Below, in pieces: positions 1 through 9,844 of a stretch of 64,000 nt of DNA. Both the position numbers and the translations under genes were made by a program. Positions within the stretch are counted from its first letter, which is position 1; each line of letters opens with the position of its first letter. The notes below the pieces were generated by a model, which saw only the letters and a program-made list of their open reading frames with translations, was not told the origin of the DNA and did not search any database. Source of the stretch: an uncultured delta proteobacterium. Its GTDB lineage: Bacteria; Desulfobacterota; Syntrophia; Syntrophales; UBA2185. The stretch covers positions 96,001-160,000 of the forward strand of contig CAVSPA010000006.1 in assembly GCA_963729715.1 (NCBI GenBank). Reading direction: 5' to 3'.

Positions 1-424
1 TGTCCTTGTCTCCGGAGACGATGACCGTCCTGAAATTCCTATTCGCGTACTTCACGGCCAGAGTCCCGATAATGTCGTCCGCCTCCAGTCCCTGCATTTC
101 TAGGACAGGTATGGAAAAGCCGCGGACAATGTCCTTGATATGGGGTATCTGCAGTATCAGGTCATCGGGCGTGGGTCTTCTCGTGGCCTTGTACGCCTCG
201 AATGCCTCATGGCGGAATGTGGGCCCCTTGAGGTCGAAGACAACGGCGACATACTGCGGCTTCCAGTCCCGCAGCAGCTTCAGGAGCATCGTGGTAAATC
301 CATAGATTGCATTGGTGGGGAAACCTTTGGAATTGGACAATTCTCTAATTGCATAATAGGCGCGATATACGTAATTGCTGCCGTCGATCAAGAACATGGT
401 GGGGTTTTCAGCTTCTTCTGTCAT
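1..424 (-). CDS. polA: DNA polymerase I, N-terminal 5'-3' exonuclease domain (runs off window)
   Basis: Manual translation from ATG at 424: MTEEAENPTMFLIDGSNYVYRAYYAI...PTNAIYGF...FRHE..EAYKATR...EADDIIGTLA...IVSGDKD; absent from the ORF track. Confidence 0.93.
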   Translation of the reverse strand, partial: MTEEAENPTMFLIDGSNYVYRAYYAIRELSNSKGFPTNAIYGFTTMLLKLLRDWKPQYVAVVFDLKGPTFRHEAFEAYKATRRPTPDDLILQIPHIKDIVRGFSIPVLEMQGLEADDIIGTLAVKYANRNFRTVIVSGDKD

Positions 425-447
425 CGCACTCTTTCATTCATTACTAT

Positions 448-480
448 TCCCCACTTTGGAAAGGGGGCAGGGGGGGATTT
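448..480. repeat. REP-like GC-rich imperfect palindrome
   Basis: TCCCCACTTTGGAAAGGGGGCAGGGGGGGATTT between ahbA and polA; single copy in window. Confidence 0.45.
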
Positions 481-492
481 AATATCCTTCGT

Positions 493-939
493 TCACAATT
501 CAAACGTCGCATCGATCTTGAAAGTCTGTGCGGCGGTCATGCTGATGATGTCCGTGACGCCCGTTTTGTCGCGTATTTCGCCGAGGGATTTCTTCAGCGT
601 CTCCTCATCCGCTGCAATGAAAGTGAACCAGAGATTGTATTCATGGCTTCTTCGGTAATTGTGTGTGACGCCGGGATAGGAGTTTACAACCGCGACGAAC
701 TGTTTCAATTTTTCTTTGGGAACCCTGGCGGCGCACAGGGTGCTCGCATAGCCCATCTTCTTGGAATCAAAGACAGCCCCGATCCGGCGGATGATTCCTT
801 CTTCCTTCAATTTCTTAATGCGCAGAAGAGCGTCATCCTCACTAACGCCTGCCTTAGCAGCCACTGCCTTGAAGGGTTCTTCAACTACAGGGAAGTCCTT
901 CTGGATGATATTCAAAATCTTTTTGTCGACGCTATCCAT
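493..939 (-). CDS. ahbA: Siroheme decarboxylase subunit (Lrp/AsnC-like, AhbA/NirD type)
   Basis: IQKDFP..EEPF, GIIRRIGAVFD, GVTHNYRR..EYNLWFT; heme cluster context. Confidence 0.85.
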   Translation of the reverse strand: MDSVDKKILNIIQKDFPVVEEPFKAVAAKAGVSEDDALLRIKKLKEEGIIRRIGAVFDSKKMGYASTLCAARVPKEKLKQFVAVVNSYPGVTHNYRRSHEYNLWFTFIAADEETLKKSLGEIRDKTGVTDIISMTAAQTFKIDATFEL

Positions 940-957
940 TTTAAAAATGTTCTTCAG

Positions 958-1161
958 TCATTTCAGCTTATTTAACTTGTCCCACTTAAAGATCACTAGA
1001 TACAAGAAAAATAAACCGATAAGTATTGTTACGGGCGCGAATATCAACCCGCCCCACCGATTTTGATAAAATTAATTTCCTTTCAATAAACTCCGCACAC
1101 CGGTAAATATTATGGCAAGTGCGATCAGAGTGGCGAATGATTGAAGAAATATCTTTCTCAA
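958..1161 (-). pseudogene. Small two-TM membrane protein with in-frame TAA at 1074-1072
   Basis: LRKIFLQSFATLIALAIIFTGVRSLLKGN*FYQNRWGGLIFAPVTILIGLFFLYLVIFKWDKLNKLK*. Confidence 0.5.
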
Positions 1162-1245
1162 ATTTGACTTCTTTACCTACTTATCATCAACACCGTATGC
1201 TTGGGTTCTTTCGTATCGATTCTTCCCATGAGACACAGGAATGCC

Positions 1246-2304
1246 TCATCTTTTCGGTTCGTAAATGCAGAAGGGTTCTTGGGCTAAGTAGTCTCCCGTG
1301 ATCTCGTAGGCCCGTGCGCGGCACCCGCCGCATACTTTGATGAATTTGCAATAGCCGCATTTGCCTTTGTATTTATTCAAATCACGGAGGTCTGCAAATA
1401 TCGGGGAACTGTTCCAGATGTCTCTGAATCGTTCTTCTTTGATCTGACCGCAGTCGACCTCCAGATAGCCGCAGGGCTGCACCTGTCCTGTATGAGAGAT
1501 AAAGCAGAAGGAGCTTCCACCCAGACAACCGCGCGTCATGGCATGCAAAGGATCTCCTGGCCCCTCCTCCCTGCCCCCTTTCCCCTGTGTTCTCTGCTTC
1601 AGGATGCGGTAATAATGGGGCGCGCATGTAGCCTTCAGTTGTATCGGGCAATTGAGGCTTTTCTCATAGAACCAGTTGAGCGTTTTTTCGTAATCTGCGG
1701 GAGATATGGCCTGCTCTGCCATCTCTTTTCCCCGGCCGGCGGGAACGAGGAGGAAGATATGGTGTGCGGCAGCGCCTAATCTTACGGCCAAATCCATGAT
1801 GCCGGGCAGTTGATTGAGATTGGCTTTGGTTATAGTCGTGTTGATCTGGAATTCCATGCCGGCTTTCTTCATTGCCTCAGTGCCGGCGAGCGCTCCCTCA
1901 AAGGCGCCCGCCGCCATGCGGAAGGCATCGTGCATTTCCGCATTCAAACCATCGATGCTGATGCTGACGCGCTTAATGCCCGCCCTGAGCATGTTTCCGG
2001 CAATGTGCTCCGTGACCAGGGTTCCGTTGGTAGCTAAAACCATGCGGAGTCCTTTCCTGTCTCCGTAGGCGGCGATATCAAATATGTCGGGACGGAGGAG
2101 CGGTTCCCCGCCGGTCAGAATGATCACAGGTTTGCTTACGGCGGCAATCTCATCCATAAGATGCAAGGCCTCGTCTGTCGTGAGTTCACCGGCATAAGAG
2201 CCGTGTTTGGCCGATGCCCGGCAGTGGATGCAAGCTAGGTTGCAGCTCCGGGTCACTTCCCAGGCAACCATGCGAAGGGTATGCGGCAGCACTTTCTTAT
2301 TCAT
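1246..2304 (-). CDS. ahbD: Radical SAM heme b synthase (Fe-coproporphyrin decarboxylase) with SPASM domain
   Basis: [32 protein letters not shown]-terminal CxxC...CxxCxxR. Confidence 0.88.
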   Translation of the reverse strand: MNKKVLPHTLRMVAWEVTRSCNLACIHCRASAKHGSYAGELTTDEALHLMDEIAAVSKPVIILTGGEPLLRPDIFDIAAYGDRKGLRMVLATNGTLVTEHIAGNMLRAGIKRVSISIDGLNAEMHDAFRMAAGAFEGALAGTEAMKKAGMEFQINTTITKANLNQLPGIMDLAVRLGAAAHHIFLLVPAGRGKEMAEQAISPADYEKTLNWFYEKSLNCPIQLKATCAPHYYRILKQRTQGKGGREEGPGDPLHAMTRGCLGGSSFCFISHTGQVQPCGYLEVDCGQIKEERFRDIWNSSPIFADLRDLNKYKGKCGYCKFIKVCGGCRARAYEITGDYLAQEPFCIYEPKR

Positions 2305-3275
2305 TTCTGGAGAAACTTTGCCGCCTCCGTGGCAAAATAGGTAATGATGATATCCGCACCAGCCCTCTTGATGGAGGTGAGCGCTTCCATCATCGCCCTT
2401 TCTCCGTCCATCCAGCCAAGTTTGGCCGCTGCCTTGATCATGGAGAATTCGCCGCTCACATTGTAGGCCGCAACGGGTAGGTCAAACTCCTCCCGCGCGC
2501 GGCGGATGATATCGAGGTAGGGCAGGGCGGGTTTGACCATGATGACATCGGCTCCTTCTTCGACATCGAGGCTTATCTCACGGATGGCCTCGTCTCCGTT
2601 GGCCGGATCCATCTGGTAGGCCTTGCGGTCGCCGAACTGAGGGGCGCTTTCCGCGGCCTCACGGAACGGGCCGTAGAAACAGGAGGCATATTTGGCGGAA
2701 TAGGCCATGATCGGCAGGTTTTCGAAGCCGGCTTCATCGAGGGCATCACGGATGGCGCCGACCTGGCCGTCCATCATGGCGGACGGGGCAACCATGTCCG
2801 CACCCGCTTTTGCATGCGACAGGGCGGTTTCCGCTATGACTTCGAGCGATGCGTCATTGTCCACTTCGTCCTTCTCGATCATCCCGCAGTGGCCGTGGCT
2901 CGTGTATTCGCAGAGGCACACATCGGTAATGACGATGATGTCGGGAACCTTGTCTTTGATCCTTTTGACTGCCTGCTGAACAACGCCGTTTTTCATGAAG
3001 GCCCCGGATGCCACCTCGTCCTTTTTATCCGGGATGCCGAAGAGGAGAACGGCAGGGATGCCCAAGTCTTTCGCCTTTTGCACTTCTTTCACCAGATTGT
3101 CAGCGGACATTTGAAAATTTCCCGGCATAGAACTGATCGGTTTTTTCAAGTCCTTTCCGAAGGTCGCAAAAAGAGGATAAACGAAATTGTCGACGGACAG
3201 CTTCGTCTCGCGGATCATCCTCCGGAAATTTTCATTTTTTCTCAACCGCCGCGGTCTGTAAGCAGGAAAATACAT
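2301..3275 (-). CDS. hemB: Porphobilinogen synthase
   Basis: [40 protein letters not shown]. Confidence 0.97.
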   Translation of the reverse strand: MYFPAYRPRRLRKNENFRRMIRETKLSVDNFVYPLFATFGKDLKKPISSMPGNFQMSADNLVKEVQKAKDLGIPAVLLFGIPDKKDEVASGAFMKNGVVQQAVKRIKDKVPDIIVITDVCLCEYTSHGHCGMIEKDEVDNDASLEVIAETALSHAKAGADMVAPSAMMDGQVGAIRDALDEAGFENLPIMAYSAKYASCFYGPFREAAESAPQFGDRKAYQMDPANGDEAIREISLDVEEGADVIMVKPALPYLDIIRRAREEFDLPVAAYNVSGEFSMIKAAAKLGWMDGERAMMEALTSIKRAGADIIITYFATEAAKFLQK

Positions 3276-3304
3276 AATCTATTCTGACCCTCCTTTTCTT
3301 ATGT

Positions 3305-4825
3305 TCATGCTTTTTTACTGAAATATTTTATCAGCGCTTCAACCAGGCCCGGTATGGTATAGCGTTCCTGGATTATATCCGTGGGAAGGCCGGCCTTCTT
3401 GACGGCTGCGGCTGTGACCGGTCCGATACAGGCGATCCGTACTCCCTTCGGCGTCGCATAATTCCGTCCCATGATTTCCATGAAATTATGAACTGTCGAA
3501 GGGCTGGTAAATGTGATCACGTCCACCTTTCCCTCGCTCATCAATTTTTCAAGCTCTGCTTTATCTTTTCCCGAATTGACTGTTCGATATGCTGTTACCA
3601 CATCGACCTTGGTCCCGAGTTTCGCAAGTCCTTCAGGAATGACATCGCGGGCCGTATCGGCTCTCGGAAGCAGTATCCTGCTTCTCCTCAAATTGATCTT
3701 CTCAAACGCCTTGACCACGCCCTCGGAGATAAACTGGTCAGGCACAAGATCAACCAAGATGCCGAGCTGTTCAAGCTGGGACGCTGTGGCGGGCCCGATC
3801 GTGCAGATACGTAGTCCTTTGAGGTCCCGGATATCCCGTCCAAGTTCTTTCAGACGCCTCAAGAAGAAGACTACGCCGTTCGCGCTGGTGAAGATGATCC
3901 ACTGATATGCCGAGAGTTCGGCGATGGCGCGGTCGAGATCGTCATAACTCACAGGCGGGACGATCTTGATTGTCGGGAAATTTATCACCCGTGCACCCTG
4001 CGCATGGAGAAGGCCTGCGAATTCTTCCGATTGCGCCTCGGGTCTTGTGATCACAATGCCTTTGCCGAAGAGCGGCTGCGTCTCGTACCAGTTGAGCACG
4101 CTCCGCAGATCCACGACGCCGCCTACCACTAAAATAGCCGGAGGAGAAAAATGTTTTTCCTCTGCTTTCGTGGCAATGTCGCTGATGGTGCCTGTCAGGG
4201 TCTCCTGATTTTCCGTCGTCCCCCAACGGATGAGGGCGGCGGGTGTATCCGCATGTTTGCCATGCGTGCTCAGATTGGCGGTGATCCGGCCGAGATTCCT
4301 GACGCCCATGAGAAAGACAACGGTGCCGATTCCCGCCAGAGACTTCCAGTCGATATCGCTCTCTTCTTTTGTCGCATCTTCATGGCCTGTCACAAAGGCG
4401 ACTGTAGACGCATGGCCGCGATGCGTGAGCGGGATACCCGCGTACGCCGGGACTGCAGCGGCGGAGGTTACGCCTGGCACCACCTCAAAGGGGATGCCGG
4501 ACTGTGCCAGGATTTCCGCCTCTTCCCCGCCGCGCCCAAAGATGAAGGGATCTCCGCCCTTGACTCTTGCGACAACGTTACCCTGATTTGCTTCTTCAAG
4601 GAGGAGTCGATTTATTTCATCCTGCGGCAGGGTGTGGTCTCCTCCTTTTTTCCCCGCATAGATCAGGCGCGCCGACTCCTTTGCCTGATGAATGATCTCC
4701 GAGTTCACAAGGAAGTCGTAGATGATGACATCAGCTTCTTTAAGGCATCTCAAGCCCTTTATCGTAAACAGTCCGGGGTCTCCCGGGCCGGCCCCGATGA
4801 TATAAACTTTACCCTTGTTCACCAC
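3305..4825 (-). CDS. cobA: Fused uroporphyrinogen-III C-methyltransferase / uroporphyrinogen-III synthase (CobA-HemD)
   Basis: GAGPGDP, KGGDPFIFGRGGEE, then HemD half (ITRP, FTSANGV, IGPAT); likely GTG start at 4825 or 4822. Confidence 0.93.
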   Translation of the reverse strand: MVNKGKVYIIGAGPGDPGLFTIKGLRCLKEADVIIYDFLVNSEIIHQAKESARLIYAGKKGGDHTLPQDEINRLLLEEANQGNVVARVKGGDPFIFGRGGEEAEILAQSGIPFEVVPGVTSAAAVPAYAGIPLTHRGHASTVAFVTGHEDATKEESDIDWKSLAGIGTVVFLMGVRNLGRITANLSTHGKHADTPAALIRWGTTENQETLTGTISDIATKAEEKHFSPPAILVVGGVVDLRSVLNWYETQPLFGKGIVITRPEAQSEEFAGLLHAQGARVINFPTIKIVPPVSYDDLDRAIAELSAYQWIIFTSANGVVFFLRRLKELGRDIRDLKGLRICTIGPATASQLEQLGILVDLVPDQFISEGVVKAFEKINLRRSRILLPRADTARDVIPEGLAKLGTKVDVVTAYRTVNSGKDKAELEKLMSEGKVDVITFTSPSTVHNFMEIMGRNYATPKGVRIACIGPVTAAAVKKAGLPTDIIQERYTIPGLVEALIKYFSKKA

Positions 4826-5759
4826 AGAAAAGCCCCTTTCTGTAAACCTCATCCATTATCTCCTGTCCGCCCTTCGACAAGATTCTTTCCGCAAGTGATG
4901 TCCCCAGAATCTCGGCGTCTCCACTCATTCCTCTTACTTCATCCTTTATCAACTCTTTGCCGTCCAGGCTTCCGAGCAGTCCCGTAACGGTCAGGTCGTT
5001 TCCTTCTTTCACACCGTAGGCGGCTACCGGCAACTGGCATCCCCCGCCCAGTCTCCCCATAAATGCCCGCTCCGCGGTCACCTCCATCCATGTACGGGGA
5101 TGATTGAGGAAGGAAACGGCGCGGCTGACGTCGTTATCGTTTTTTCTCAACTCTATGCCGAGGGCGCCCTGGCCTGCGGCGGGGAGCATCATTTCCACCG
5201 GAATGATCTGTGTGATACGGTCCGCCCATCCCATCCGCTTGAGCCCGGCTGCCGCCACAATGATGCCGTCGAGGCCGTCAGTTTGAATCTTTCTTATGCG
5301 TGTATCGAGGTTGCCGCGTATAGGAACGAGTTCTATGTCCGGAAAAAGGTGAAGGAGCTGGAACCCCCTCCTCAGGGAACCCGTGCCGATGCGCGCGCCG
5401 ACCGGCATATCCGCAAGCTTTTTTTGGTCTTTCGAGATCAGCACGTCGTGTGGGTCTTCCCTTTCCGACATTACGCTGATCTCCAGACCTTCCGGGAGTT
5501 CCATGGGCACGTCCTTCATGCTATGGACGGCGATATCTACTTCGTTCCGGAGGAGGGCGTCCTCGATCTCTTTCACAAAGAGTCCCTTTCCCCCCACTTT
5601 CGCCAAAGGCACATCCTGGAGAATATCTCCCTTTGTCTTGATCACTACAGTCTCTACGGCGATGGCGGGCGTTATTCTCCGCAACTTCTCTGCAACCCAA
5701 TTCGCTTGCGTCAGCGCGAGAAGGCTTCCCCGTGTTCCGATTCTCAGAATGCTTCTAAT
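4809..5759 (-). CDS. hemC: Hydroxymethylbilane synthase; probable ATT start
   Basis: Conserved LRIGTRGSLLALTQ lies upstream of the ORF-track start (5684); HSMKD, RGNLDTR, GGCQ motifs. Confidence 0.93.
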   Translation of the reverse strand: MRSILRIGTRGSLLALTQANWVAEKLRRITPAIAVETVVIKTKGDILQDVPLAKVGGKGLFVKEIEDALLRNEVDIAVHSMKDVPMELPEGLEISVMSEREDPHDVLISKDQKKLADMPVGARIGTGSLRRGFQLLHLFPDIELVPIRGNLDTRIRKIQTDGLDGIIVAAAGLKRMGWADRITQIIPVEMMLPAAGQGALGIELRKNDNDVSRAVSFLNHPRTWMEVTAERAFMGRLGGGCQLPVAAYGVKEGNDLTVTGLLGSLDGKELIKDEVRGMSGDAEILGTSLAERILSKGGQEIMDEVYRKGLFCGEQG

Positions 5760-5771
5760 TGGCCTGCCTCC

Positions 5772-7040
5772 TCATTTATCATCCAGTCCGAACAGCCTCC
5801 TGATCGCTGCGATGTAAGGCAGCGCGCTGTTATCCTTGCTCTCCTCCTTCAGTCCGACAATCGGATCGTGCAGCACCTTGTTGATAATGGAATTCGCCAT
5901 GATCTCCACATTTCTTTTTTCATCTTCCGTAAGATTTTCCATCCATGCGGAGGACCTCGCAATCTCTCCTCTAATGATGCCTTCCATTTTTTCCCGCAGG
6001 GAGATGATCGTCGGCACGACTTCGAGGGTGCTGTACCATTCGAGATACCTTGTCACTTCTTCGTCTATGATGGTCTCCGCCTTCTCGGCCTCCTTGTTAC
6101 GGCTTTTCAGATTGCTATCCACAATATCCTGAAGGTCGTCGATATTGTATAGGTACACGTTGTCGATCTCCCCCACCGCCGGGTCGATATCTCTCGGCAC
6201 GGCGATGTCGATAAGAAAGAGAAGACGGTTCTTGCGCCTGCGGATGGACGCTTCGATCATTGGGGGTGTAAGCACGTAGCCGGGGGCCCCTGTCGAAGTT
6301 ATTACAATATCGACTTCGTGCAACTTTTCCGGGAGCCTGTCAAACTCTATTGCTGTGCCGTGAACATCTTCGGCCATCTTCACTGCGCGCGCATACGTCC
6401 TGTTGGTGATGAATATCTTTCCCACCCTGCGACTGATAAGATGTTTTGCCGCAAGCTCCGACATCTCACCGGCTCCGATGAGGAGAACATTCCTCTCTTC
6501 AATAGCGCCGAATATCTTTTTTGCAAGTTCCACGGCGGCGAAACTGACGGACACGGCATTGTTGGCAATTCCTGTTTCGCTCCTCACCCTCTTCGCCACC
6601 CTGAATGCGTGATGGAGGATCTTATTCAGTATGACACCGGTTGCGTTATGATCAACAGCGGTGCGGAACGCATCCTTGATCTGTCCCAGAATCTGCGGCT
6701 CCCCCATGACCATAGAGTCGATGCTCGATGCCACGCGGAACAGATGGCGCACCGCTTCATGGTCATGGTGCAGATAAAGGCATTTGTTCATCTCTTCTGC
6801 GGACAGATTGCCGTGATGAAAAATAAAATCCCTGAGCCGCCCCACTGCGCCCTCACTATCTGCGGTATTTGCGAGGACCTCTACACGGTTGCAGGTGGCA
6901 AGATACAGACCTTCCTTTATTTCCGGGATGTTCATAATCTCCGCAAGATGGTTGATGTCGTCCCCGCAGGATAGAGAAAGGCGTTCCCTGATTTCAAGGG
7001 GGGCCGTTTTATGGTTCATGCCGATAAGAATGATATTCAT
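5772..7040 (-). CDS. hemA: Glutamyl-tRNA reductase
   Basis: GMNHKTAP, TCNRVE, SMVMGEPQILGQ, GAGEM, DIAVPRD. Confidence 0.97.
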   Translation of the reverse strand: MNIILIGMNHKTAPLEIRERLSLSCGDDINHLAEIMNIPEIKEGLYLATCNRVEVLANTADSEGAVGRLRDFIFHHGNLSAEEMNKCLYLHHDHEAVRHLFRVASSIDSMVMGEPQILGQIKDAFRTAVDHNATGVILNKILHHAFRVAKRVRSETGIANNAVSVSFAAVELAKKIFGAIEERNVLLIGAGEMSELAAKHLISRRVGKIFITNRTYARAVKMAEDVHGTAIEFDRLPEKLHEVDIVITSTGAPGYVLTPPMIEASIRRRKNRLLFLIDIAVPRDIDPAVGEIDNVYLYNIDDLQDIVDSNLKSRNKEAEKAETIIDEEVTRYLEWYSTLEVVPTIISLREKMEGIIRGEIARSSAWMENLTEDEKRNVEIMANSIINKVLHDPIVGLKEESKDNSALPYIAAIRRLFGLDDK

Positions 7041-7044
7041 GGTG

Positions 7045-7863
7045 TTATATGAATCTGTGAGCAGTTACAAAGAGGAGGCTCGTAAGTACAAGCGAAATCA
7101 AGAGTGCGGCGAATGCGAGCAGCGTGAAAAGCGCCGCCTTATGCCCCTTCCAGCCCATGGCGAGCCTTTGATGAAGCAGCACGGCATAAGCAAACCACGC
7201 CGCGAGCGTCCATGTCTGCTTGGGGTCCCATTGCCAGAGGCTGCCCCAGACGCTTCGCGCCCATACGGAACCAACCAGGATGCCGAGAGTGAGAAAGGAA
7301 AATCCGAGCATGAGGCATATATGGTTAATCCTGTCCAGGTCTGTAAGGGAAGGCAGAACCTTGCTGAAGCTGCTCACCTTCTTATTCTTTAGTAAACCTT
7401 CCTGGATGAGATACATAGCGCCCGCGCAGGTGGCGAGAGCAAAAAGGGCTTCTCCCGTTACGGCGAGTATCACATGAACCGGCACCAGGTTGCTCTGGAG
7501 TGCGGCGGGAATGGAAACGTATCCTCCCAGGTCTTTCGAAGCTGCGATCATAAGGAGAAAACTCACGGGAGAGACGAAGGCGCCCAGCACCCTGGTCTTC
7601 GTCTTCAATTGGAAGGCAAGATAGATACCGGCCATCGCCCAGGCGAAAAAAGAAAGCATCTCATGGAAGCTGATCACAGGATTCTGGCCGGTCTTGATGC
7701 ATCTCATTGCGAAAAACAAGGTGTGGAACGCAAAGGCCAAGAATAGAATCCATGTGGAGATTCTGGCCACCAGCACCCTTCTGGTATACAGGGAGCCCAA
7801 GTATCCTAAGGCGCTTAAGAGGTAGATAGCAAGAGCCAGTCTGAAAAAAATAATATCCATCAA
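7045..7863 (-). CDS. ccsA: Cytochrome c assembly protein family (CcsA/HemX-like)
   Basis: Multi-TM, WGSLWQWDPKQTW Trp-rich motif, conserved His; directly upstream of hemA. Confidence 0.85.
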   Translation of the reverse strand: MMDIIFFRLALAIYLLSALGYLGSLYTRRVLVARISTWILFLAFAFHTLFFAMRCIKTGQNPVISFHEMLSFFAWAMAGIYLAFQLKTKTRVLGAFVSPVSFLLMIAASKDLGGYVSIPAALQSNLVPVHVILAVTGEALFALATCAGAMYLIQEGLLKNKKVSSFSKVLPSLTDLDRINHICLMLGFSFLTLGILVGSVWARSVWGSLWQWDPKQTWTLAAWFAYAVLLHQRLAMGWKGHKAALFTLLAFAALLISLVLTSLLFVTAHRFI

Positions 7864-8507
7864 TCACCAACTTTTATTTCTTCGCCGGTAATGTCGTAAA
7901 TGATTTTTCTTACCTTATCCCAGCTCTTATCTTTTATGTGCTTCAGGATGTCTGAATGCACGACTGCTTCAAACAGGCGCCTGTTCTCGTTGGAGGAACG
8001 CCCTTTCACGACCAGCTTTTCTCTCAGTTGCCCCATCACGCCGAGGAGGGTCTGATATTCCGTCCCGAAGAGCTGTTCCATCTCTTCTTTAAGTTTCTTC
8101 GCGAGTGCCGGACTTTTCCCGCCGGTGGATATGGCTATCAGAAGGTCTCCCTGTGTGAGGAGGGAAGGGAGGACAAAATCACACTTGTCGGGGTCATCCA
8201 CTATATTGACGAGTATCCCCTCTTTTTTCCCGTCGCGCGAGATCTTCGCATTGACGTCATCCTGGTCGGTGGCGCCGATTAAGAGGAACGCATCATCGAT
8301 CAAGGCCTTGTCATAATCGGCAGCGATGTGATTTATCCTGCCTGCTTTCTTCATCGTTTCCAGACCGGGCGTCAGTGTCTTGCCGACAACGACGACGCGT
8401 GCCCCGAAGTTGAGAAGACGTTCCACCTTCCTCTCGGCGACATCGCCTCCGCCTATGACGACACATCTTCTATCTATGATATTCAGAAATAACGGGTAAT
8501 ATTTCAC
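7860..8507 (-). CDS. Precorrin-2 dehydrogenase / sirohydrochlorin ferrochelatase (SirC/Met8-like)
   Basis: GGGDVAERK, NIVDDP..CDF, AISTGGKSPALA. Confidence 0.9.
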   Translation of the reverse strand: MKYYPLFLNIIDRRCVVIGGGDVAERKVERLLNFGARVVVVGKTLTPGLETMKKAGRINHIAADYDKALIDDAFLLIGATDQDDVNAKISRDGKKEGILVNIVDDPDKCDFVLPSLLTQGDLLIAISTGGKSPALAKKLKEEMEQLFGTEYQTLLGVMGQLREKLVVKGRSSNENRRLFEAVVHSDILKHIKDKSWDKVRKIIYDITGEEIKVGD

Positions 8508-8549
8508 TGCCCTTCCTTTTATGAAGTCGAGACCTTCAAGACAAAGAAC

Positions 8550-8653
8550 GTAGTGCAGATTCCATGTCTATCATAAAAGCAGGACTAAAGTCCTGCGCTA
8601 CAGAGTTTATTTCCACGCCCTACCTATGATGTAGTGCAGACCTTCAGGTCTGC
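8550..8653. repeat. Three GTAG-type REP-like palindromes
   Basis: GTAGTGCAGATTCCATGTCTA (8550, degenerate); inverted GCAGGACTAAAGTCCTGCGCTAC (8579-8601); GTAGTGCAGACCTTCAGGTCTGC (8631-8653). Confidence 0.7.
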
Positions 8654-8802
8654 TGTGCCTTTTTCCGCCCCATGGCGTTGTCGTAAGTATAGAGAATCAG
8701 TGCAAGCTATCACGAAGACCCTTAAAATTCAAGCTGCTTGAAATATCATCGAAAAGAGGATATAGAAAGATATCCAATCATTTCGGGTCAGGGAGGGACA
8801 AA

Positions 8803-9762
8803 ATGCCAGAAGTGACCGGGCTGACCGGAGAAAAAAAGGGGCAATGGCTGAAGATCGAACTCTCTGTATCGCCGCTGCTGATCGATGCATTGTCAAACTT
8901 CCTTACTGAAATAGGCGTACCGGGAGCGTTTCAGGAGGAACTGGAGCCGCAGGCCCAGGGAGACTTTGGGCTTTTGGAAACGAGAGAAGTTCTTAAAGCG
9001 TATTTAGCATTTGACGGACGCCTGGAAGATCGGATCGCTTCCCTGAAGATATATTTGGACAGCGTCTCCGGTCTCTTCCCCGGAATGGAGGAGCCCCGCC
9101 TTGCCATGGAAATAGTTGCGGACCAGGATTGGGGGGAAGAGTGGAAGAAATATTTCAAGCCCCTGCGTGTGAGTAAGAACATAGTTATCAAACCGACCTG
9201 GGAGAGATACACCCCCGCAGGCCGAGACATTGTCATTGAGATAGACCCCGGGATGGCATTCGGAACGGGGCAGCATCCATCGACGAGAATGTGTCTCGAA
9301 GCGATTGAGGACATCCTTCTGAAAGACAGGGGGTTCAAGAAGTGGAGGGTCCTCGACGTCGGGACAGGTACAGGCATCCTGGGCATCTCCTGTGCAAAGC
9401 TGGGTGCAGAAAGAGTTGTATGTGTCGACATCGATAAGAAGGCTGCTGCCATTGCCCGAGAGAATGCGATGATCAATAACGTGGCAGACAGAGTGGAGAT
9501 CATTAACCGTGACGTCAATACCATCAATGAACCGTTTGATCTAATCGTCGCCAACCTCACGGCCAAGATACTGGTGCGTCTCCGTGACCACTTGATGTCT
9601 CTTATCGAAAAAGACGGTTATCTGGTGATTTCAGGTATCATTGATCAAAATAAAACCGATATAGAGGCGCATTTCCTGAAGGGCACATTCGCCGTTCACC
9701 AGATCATCTCGGAAAAGGAATGGGTTTGCTACGTTCTGCAAAGAAAAGGTAATAAACCTTGA
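8803..9762 (+). CDS. prmA: Ribosomal protein L11 methyltransferase
   Basis: DWGEEWKKYF, IDPGMAFGTGQHPST, LDVGTGTGIL. Confidence 0.95.
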   Translation: MPEVTGLTGEKKGQWLKIELSVSPLLIDALSNFLTEIGVPGAFQEELEPQAQGDFGLLETREVLKAYLAFDGRLEDRIASLKIYLDSVSGLFPGMEEPRLAMEIVADQDWGEEWKKYFKPLRVSKNIVIKPTWERYTPAGRDIVIEIDPGMAFGTGQHPSTRMCLEAIEDILLKDRGFKKWRVLDVGTGTGILGISCAKLGAERVVCVDIDKKAAAIARENAMINNVADRVEIINRDVNTINEPFDLIVANLTAKILVRLRDHLMSLIEKDGYLVISGIIDQNKTDIEAHFLKGTFAVHQIISEKEWVCYVLQRKGNKP

Positions 9763-9844
9763 GTGTCGCAAGAGAGCGTTCGGCATTTCTTAGCTAAGCC
9801 AGCCTTCTGACCAATTTCCAATTGTTTTGTGAGGGAATAAAACC

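Noticed and set aside
5772..5774. hemA TGA as selenocysteine
   Set aside because: Not a Cys-equivalent position, only a weak 4 bp stem downstream, and a strong SD explains separate hemC initiation
6..8316. Long plus-strand ORFs over the heme cluster (e.g. 5100-6152, 4151-4987)
   Set aside because: Antisense shadows of well-supported minus-strand genes; no motifs
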